64,000 bases of DNA from the human T2T-CHM13v2.0 reference genome, Homo sapiens: assembly GCF_009914755.1 (NCBI RefSeq), contig NC_060930.1; one strand, 5' to 3'. Position 1 is the first letter of the stretch, and the number at the start of each line of letters is the position of its first letter. Positions 53,270 to 64,000 of the stretch are shown piece after piece. The notes under the pieces are model-generated. The model was not told where the DNA came from and made no database searches. It worked only from the letters and a program-made list of their open reading frames with translations. A program made the translations under genes and the position numbers.

Positions 53270-53700
53270 TGTTAAAGCAAACTAAATATGGCCTAAGATG
53301 GACTCTGTACTTTTATATTTGAATCCTTGTGGGTGAATTGCAACCTAATTTAATAGGTAGACAAGAATGAAAACCTAACTTAGGAGTATGTGCCTGTAAT
53401 AATCGCTGAGTCTTGGCCAATCCCAGGAGCCGTACTTCAACCACTCATACACTGCTGAGTGTTCAAACTGTGTTCAAATAAGGCAAATGCTGAGCTGTAA
53501 CCAATCCAGCTGTTTCTGTACCTAATTTCTGATTTCTGTACATCACTTCATTTTTTTGTGTATAAATTTGTTCTGACCACAAGCCACTCCGGGAGTCTCT
53601 CTGAATCTGCTGTGATTCTGGGAGCTGCCTGATTCACGAATCGTCCATTGCTCAATTAAACTCCTGTAAATTTAATTCGGCTGAAGTTTTTCTTTTAATA
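53270..53700 (+). mobile_element. MER57-like ERV1 solo LTR
   Basis: tgttaaagcaaactaaatatggcct...ctcaattaaactc...ggctgaagttttcttttaa-type ends; CCAAT and TATA-like boxes. Confidence 0.75.
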
Positions 53701-53770
53701 TCCTTTTATATCCAATTCAAATTAAACTTACCCTTCAGGAAAAATCTAGTATAATTTTGAAACTTGATAG

Positions 53771-54040
<270 letters not shown>

Positions 54041-55317
54041 TGATCCGCCCGCCTTGGCCTCCCAAAGTGCTGGGATTGCAGGCGTGAGCCACCGCGCCCG
54101 GCCTCTTTTCTTTTTTTTTGAGTCAGGGTCTCACTGTATCGCCCAGGCTGGAGAGCAGTGGCACAATCTTGGACCTTGGTTCACTGTAACCTCCGCCTCC
54201 TGGGCTCAAGGAGTCCTCCCATTCCAGCCTCCCAACTAGCTAGGACTACAGGTGAATGCCGCCACACCTGGCTAATTTTTGTACAGATGGGGCTTTGCCA
54301 TATTGGCCAGGCTGATCTGGAACTCCTGAGCTCAAACAATCCACCCACTCTGGCCTCCCAAAATGCCTGGATTACAAGTGTGAGCCACTGCATGCCGACT
54401 GGATGATTTTCTCTGCCATGTTCTTCTCTTGTATAATCTAACTCCCAGGGTGAATCTGAAGATTCAATGAGCCAGTGTATGGGGGAAGAGATTTTCTAGT
54501 GCCGTGTCAGTCAGTGTAGACACTCAAACAAAAATTAAGATGTTAAATACAACATTTATTACACGCCCCCCTCCCCATTTTGATCTTGTTACTTAGCATG
54601 TTTGTTGGATCCAGTTGCAAATGAGGAGAGACACAGATTGGGGTCTTCTATTTTATTCCTTTCTTGCAACAGACTTTAGAAGCATTTAGGCCCCTGCTTT
54701 TCAGAGCGAGATAACAAAGGGGCCTCCAGTTTACATCACCCACACTGGAGTTTCAATTCAAAGTAAAAAGCTGGGCTGTGAGATGGCAGCCACAATGTTT
54801 TTTCCAGTAGAGACATGCCACTTTGTAGAAGAACAAGATCATTCTTAAATGATCAAGGAAAAACTTCATGGCACAGTATTTTAGCTTCTGTAGAAAAGAC
54901 ACACAGAAAGGATGGAAAATGGTTGAGAGTTTGGTTTTATACACTAAGGTTTTGAGCCTCTCTTGGTATATAGAAGATACTGGTGACTGCTGTATTGTAA
55001 CCAGAATGCACAATAAATATTCTTGCCCCAGAATGAATTCTTATCTCAAATGAATCCCTTAAAATGCTTCCATTTTTTCTAATTTGCTGATGTCATGAAA
55101 GAATAATCTGTCAAATCTACATTTAATTCAATTCTAAGCTTATTTTACCATATGACTCATTTAACATAATGATGGAAATTGCTAGTAAGAAGATCACAGA
55201 GTTGATAAGTTGTCACAGTTGTGACACAGTTGTCAAATCCTAATAGTGAAGGAATTTGTTTTTTTCTTACTAATAACTTGCTTTTTTAGCCCCTGAATTT
55301 GGAAAATTGGCAGATGC

Positions 55318-56975
<1,658 letters not shown>

Positions 56976-58759
56976 TATGATAACCCCATTAGATAATCAA
57001 TACACACTGTGATAGTCTCCATATAACAATGAACAAGGGAAAATGCTGGATATTATTTTCCCCTTTTGAAGATTCGTTGTGAACATTAAGCATATTAAAA
57101 CATCCAAAACATCCTACAAAAAAGAAATAAGTTTAATATCTCAATCATTTAATCACAGATCCTGTTTTCTGGGGAAATACTCATTAATATCTTATGGAAC
57201 TACTATTTGGAGGAATGTAAAAAGCTAGAATAGGAAAAGAAATTATTCCATTAAAGAAGTAGTAATTGCCAGGCTGCCATTTCTCCCTGGGTTGAAAAGT
57301 CAACGAAATTAATATCTTCACATAATCAAAATAATATGAGGCAGGCAGTGCAAGGTGGCTCATGCCTGTAATCCCAGCACTTTGGGAGGCCGAGGTGGGT
57401 GGATCACTTGAGGCCAGGAGTTCGAGACAGCCTGGCCAACATGGTGAAACCCCATCTCTACTGAAAATACAAAAATTAGCCAGGCATGGTGGTGTGCACC
57501 TGTAATCCCAGCTACTCAGGAAGCTGAGGCAGGAAAATCGCTTGAACCCAGAAGGCAGACATTGCAGTGAGCCGAGATTGCACCACTTGCACTCCAACCT
57601 GGGCGACACAGAGAGAGACTGTCTCAAAAAAAAAAAATAATAATAATGATAATAACCCTGAGCCAGGAGCAGTTGGTTATGCCTGTAGCCCCAGCTACCC
57701 GGGAGGCTGAGGCCAGAGAATCACTTGAGGCAGAAATTTGAGGCTGCAGTAACCATGATTGTGCCAAAGCACTCCAGTCTGAACAACACAGTGAAATCCC
57801 AACTCTAAAAAAAAAAAAGGAAAGAGAAAAAGAAAATAATCCTGTTCAAATTTGTACATATATGCATGTACACACACACACACACACACACAATATACTA
57901 TACTATGCTCACATATTTAAGCCCACCAGCAGAGACAGCGACTATTCTTTCTGTAATGTTCAGCTCATTATATAACTCAGTAATCCCTTAACACAGAGTA
58001 TAATAACAATTTTGAGAACTTGCTAAATAAAAATCCCATATGTTGGCTCTTGGATTTCACATAACAACAGCTGGGCATCTTAAGAAACTAAGAATTTGTT
58101 TTCATTTAGTGTTGATTCAGAAGGAGGTATTTAATTTCCCATATTGCCAAGAGGTTTTTATCTGAACAACACATTATTATAATATAGTTTGCCAAGACAC
58201 ATTACTGTCTGGCTTTACACATGAGGAAACTGAGGCCCAAATACTAAATCACTTGTAAAGCCTCAATTTTGGGGAGTCAAAGCAGAGATCCAAATCTGGT
58301 GCTCACTATGCCATGCTGCTCGTCTGTAACATTTCTAAAATTGTTCCTAATATGATACATGCCTTTCTAATATATTCATTGAAAAAATGTGCTTCTTCTC
58401 TTGAAGTGTAATAAGAGCAGAGGCACTGCAAATGTCTGTCTTATTCTAGAATTATTCTGACTCTTTAATAAAGTTTCTTCAGCTACACCAAGCCACGTTG
58501 TACTCTCTCTTCTTGGAATTTATAGCAACAGAGGGTTGCTTAGAAACTTAGATGTTTGTGATGCTTGTATCCCAGCTAGAAAATCACTGACAAGTGGTTG
58601 TCCACCTTGAGTTTTACCAACTCCAGTAATGGACATAATCTCTGGAGACAGCGAGAGCTGTGGAGTGATTTTTTTCCCACTTAGATTGAGCCAAAATCTT
58701 CCTCTCTGACATCATCCACTGTTCCTAATTTTGTCTTCTGGGGATTCACAGACCATGCG

Positions 58760-59128
58760 TAATTGATTTTATACATATGAAAAAATTTTAGATAGTTGAT
58801 GCGTGTGTATATAGTGTGAGAAAGGGGTCCAATTTCTTTTCTTTTATAAAACAGATATTCCGTTTTCTATAAATGAAACAATCCACCCTTCCCTTTCTGA
58901 TTTGTCATCTAACAAGTGTCCCTGTATACCTGGGTCTATTTTGGAGTTTCTCTTCTGTTCCACAGGTTTTGTTGTCTGTCCCCAAACTAATACCTTTATT
59001 ATCTTATTACTACAGCTTTATAGTAAGTCTTGGTATCTAGAAACACAGCTCCCTTCCTTGTTTATCAAGACTACTGGTTTTGGCACTTTAAAGTTCCATA
59101 AATATTTTAGAATCAGCTTTGAAGTTTT

Positions 59129-59165
<37 letters not shown>

Positions 59166-60000
59166 ATTTCTTGGAATTTGTTACTGAGATTGCATTGAAT
59201 CTGTAGATCAAGTTGAGGGAGTTAATCTCTTCACTCTACTGAGTCCCCTAATCCATGAATAAGACATATCTCTCCATTTATTTAGGACTTTAAAAGTATT
59301 TTTCAATAAAGTTTTATAATTTTCTTCATAAAGTTGGCACTCTTAATTTTTTCCAGGTACTTAGTAGTACTTGATGTTATTGTAAATATCATTTTATAAA
59401 CTTCTTGATTGAAATACAGGACATAGAAAAACACGCAGATCATGAGTGTAACGTTCAATGAATCACAGCACGCAGGGAAGTCTAGGGCTCCCTCTCTACG
59501 TCAGCACCAGCATGCAGAATAACCTCTTGTGTCCCCTCCCAATCATTACCCTCTCTTTCCTCCCCACAGGTAAACCTTATCTTGACGTCTAACACTACAG
59601 GGTAGAACTTTGGTAAATGAACCCGTGCCACATGTATTATTTTATTCGCAGCTTCCTCTGTGTAATATATTGTGTGATTCATCCTTACTGTTTTGTGTAG
59701 CAGCAGGCTGTTCGTTTCATTGACGTATAGTATTCTATTGCGTGAATGCATGACAGTAGATTTATCCACTGGACTACTGGTGGATGCTTGGGTTGTCTCC
59801 AGTTTGGAGCTATCCAGTGCAGCTGTGCATCTTCTTGGTGATATATTTTAGTCCACATGTATATTTTTTCCAGTTGGGTCAAGTTTGGCATTATTCTAGA
59901 AATAACGCCAAATAGTTTTTCAAAGTACATATACCAATTTGCACTTTCACCAGCTGTGTGAGAGCTCTGGATGCTCACCAACACATGGCTTTGTCAGTCT
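58760..60000 (-). mobile_element. Old L1M fragments (also ~8265-9130, 35640-37230, 62340-63830)
   Basis: Degenerate L1 ORF2/3' motifs (gattgcattgaatctgtagatca; gttgtctccagtttggagctat). Confidence 0.65.
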
Positions 60001-60998
60001 GTTCTGGATAACAAACCATTCCAAAGTTTAGTAGCTTGAAATAGGAAACGTGTTATTTTTCACAATTCTATGGGTTGGCTGGCCTCAGCTGGGCAGTTCT
60101 TCTCTTTGTATGTAGGGGGCTGGGGTGATTCATGTGGTTGCACATGGGAGCTTAGTTGCAACTGAAATATCCAAGATGACTTCATTTGCACATCTGGTGC
60201 TTTGACGGGGGTGGCTGAAACAGCTGGGGGCTGGCTCAAACTCTCTCCATATGGTCTCTTGTCATCCAGTATCCCAGCCCAGGCTTATTTACATGGCAGC
60301 TGGATTCCAAGAGTTCAAAAACAGAAGGTATAAGTCTTCTTAAGGTCCATGCCCAGAAGTCACACATCATCACTTCCACAACATCATTGGTTAAAACAAG
60401 ACAGTGGTAGTGCAGATTGATTCAAGGAGAGGGAGAAGAATAGACTCCACCTCTTGATGGAGAACTGGTATGTGGGTACAGGGATGGGAGCAATTGTTCC
60501 TGGCCATGTGCACAGACAATATACTGTGTCCCTCCCTCTGGCCACAAGTCACAGTTGCAGCACACAGAATACCTTTATTTCATACCAAGACACCACCAAA
60601 GGGTCTTCCAATTATGGTATGAGGCTTGAAGCCCAGTCTCTTGTGATCTCCGTCAGGTCCAGTTGCAAATGAGGCTCCTTGTTCATAACTCCTCTCAATC
60701 TGGAGACCTGTGAGCTCAAAAGACACATTATCTGTTTCCCCAGACACCCAGCTTAAAATGGTAGCTCAGAGACTTTTTATTTCAAAATTTCTTGGTCCTT
60801 CTTACTTCAAGCTGGCCATGCTTTCATGAGAACAAGCCTCTTAACAATTTTGTGGGCTTTGTATATATGTAATTGTAATTTATTCTATTAGACAAAAGCT
60901 ATATCCACAAGTCTCTTTGAGACAGGTCCTTCTCTGCTTTGGGCTATGGATTGGGGTGCTATGGGACAAGGATTTTAAGATTCTTTGAAACTCTTTTA

Positions 60999-61667
<669 letters not shown>

Positions 61668-63189
61668 GTATTTTTTTTTTTTTAACTCCACTAATGGTTG
61701 TATTTTTTTGTGGAGACAGGGTTTTGCCATGTTGTCCAAGCTTGTCTCAAACTCCTGAGCTCAAGCAATTCACCTGTCTGAGCTTCCCAAAGTGCTAGGA
61801 TTACAGGCATGAGCCACTGCACCCAGCCTAGATATTCTTTATCACTAAAATTTGCCCCAAAACTAAACAGATCTTTTAGGTTAATTCATATCTCTCACCT
61901 TGTACAGCTAAAGGAGCCAATCAGCACTTTCTACATCCTACTCAGAATTTCTTTAGCCAGGTCTATAGATTCATTGACACATTTTCTATCCTCCACATTA
62001 GTGCAGGTAACAGTGTTACTAACTTTCCACTGCTACATAATGCCGGTCATCTTCTCACTAGCCTTTCTCTAGACTCCACTACACCGTCTCCTCCACACCC
62101 TTTTAATTTCCACTTGCTTCCCAGTCCCAAAGCCAGTATCATAGGTTTTCAGTTAAATTATGGCAATAATCTACTTCCAGATACCAATTTTTTTTGTTAT
62201 TGCTGGATAACAAACCATCCCAAAATTTAATGGCTTTAAATAATAATCATTTATTATTTCTCATGGTTCTGAGGGTGAGCTGGGTCCAGCTGGGCAGTTG
62301 TTCTACCCCATGTGTTACTGACTGGAGCCATCCTATCCCACTGCTCTGCAGTGCCACCCTTGTCATAGGTAGAGTGTCCATATGTATGTGGGTCTGTTTC
62401 TGAATAACTGCTGTGTTCCACTGGTTTATTTGTTTGTTCATGTGCCAATACCTCATGCTGTTATTTACACTAGCTTTATAATAAGTAAGTCCTGATATCA
62501 AGTAGAGTAAGTCCAACCACTTTGTTCTTTTTAAAGTTGTCTTTGCTAGTCTTGACCCTTTGCATTTTCATACACATTTTATAATCAGTTTGTCAAACAC
62601 ACACACAGCCATGCACACACACACACACCCCATACTTGCTGGGTTTTCATGAGACTGTATTGAGTAATAGATTAGAAGAATCAATATCTTCACAGATGTA
62701 TACTCTTCTTTAGGTCTTTAAAATTTTTATCTGGATAAAATTTTTAGTATTCTATGTGGAATACTTGTCCCACCTTGATTTATATTGGATTTTATTTTTG
62801 TTTTTGTTTTTGTTTTGGAGACAGGATCTCATTTGGTTGCCCAGGCTGGAGTGCAGGGACAAGATAACAGCTCAGTGCAACTTCAACCTCCAGGACTCAA
62901 GTGATCCTCCTACCTCAGCCTCCAGAGTAGGTGGGACTACAGGCATGCACCACCATTCCTGGCTAATTTTCTTTAAAAAATTTTGTAGACACATGGTCTT
63001 GCTATGTTGCACGGGCTAGTCTCAAACTCTCAGACTCAAGTAATCCTCCTGCCTCTGCCCATATTGGATTTTTAAATGCTGTTATAAATGATATATTGTT
63101 GCTTATTAAATGTTATTAGTATACAGAAAAACAATTGATTTCTGTACGTAAGCCTAGTGTGCAGCAAACTTGCCAAGCTTGTGTATTAA

Positions 63190-63594
<405 letters not shown>

Positions 63595-63822
63595 TAAATT
63601 ATTATACATTTTATTTTATTGGTTTATCACATTGGAAAGACCCTCCAGAACAATGTTAAACAAAGATAGTGGTAGTGAACAGAGAGAAAGTTTTATCATT
63701 TTACCATTAGTGTCATGTCTGCTATAGGTTATTGTATTTGCACCTTATTCAGATTAGGAAATTCCCTTCTAGTCCTGGTTTGCTGAGATCTTTTTGTCAT
63801 GAACGGGTATTGAGGTTTATCA

Positions 63823-63999
<177 letters not shown>

Positions 64000-64000
64000 A

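Overview
Alu-rich primate (human-like) genomic DNA. It contains the complete 6-exon CCDC28A gene on + (CDS 28213/30659-47347; 274 aa from the upstream ATG, 184 aa from the exon-2 ATG), including a 23-nt microexon followed by a U12-type intron. A second CpG island with a non-coding first exon lies at ~50.3-51 kb (probably ECT2L, by recalled synteny). The main unexpected result is on the - strand, head-to-head with CCDC28A: ~20 decayed exons between ~25.6 kb and ~4.5 kb, invisible in the ORF track. Most splice with compatible phases into a >1000-aa extracellular-looking protein with a hydrophobic C-terminal tail and motifs resembling otoancorin/stereocilin/mesothelin, i.e. a probable unitary pseudogene. 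One of its introns carries an Alu-embedded inverted copy of the CCDC28A microexon with its U12 donor still intact. Nearly all long ORFs in the supplied track are Alu or CpG-island artefacts. The pseudo-exon reconstruction and family assignment were done by eye and need alignment to confirm.
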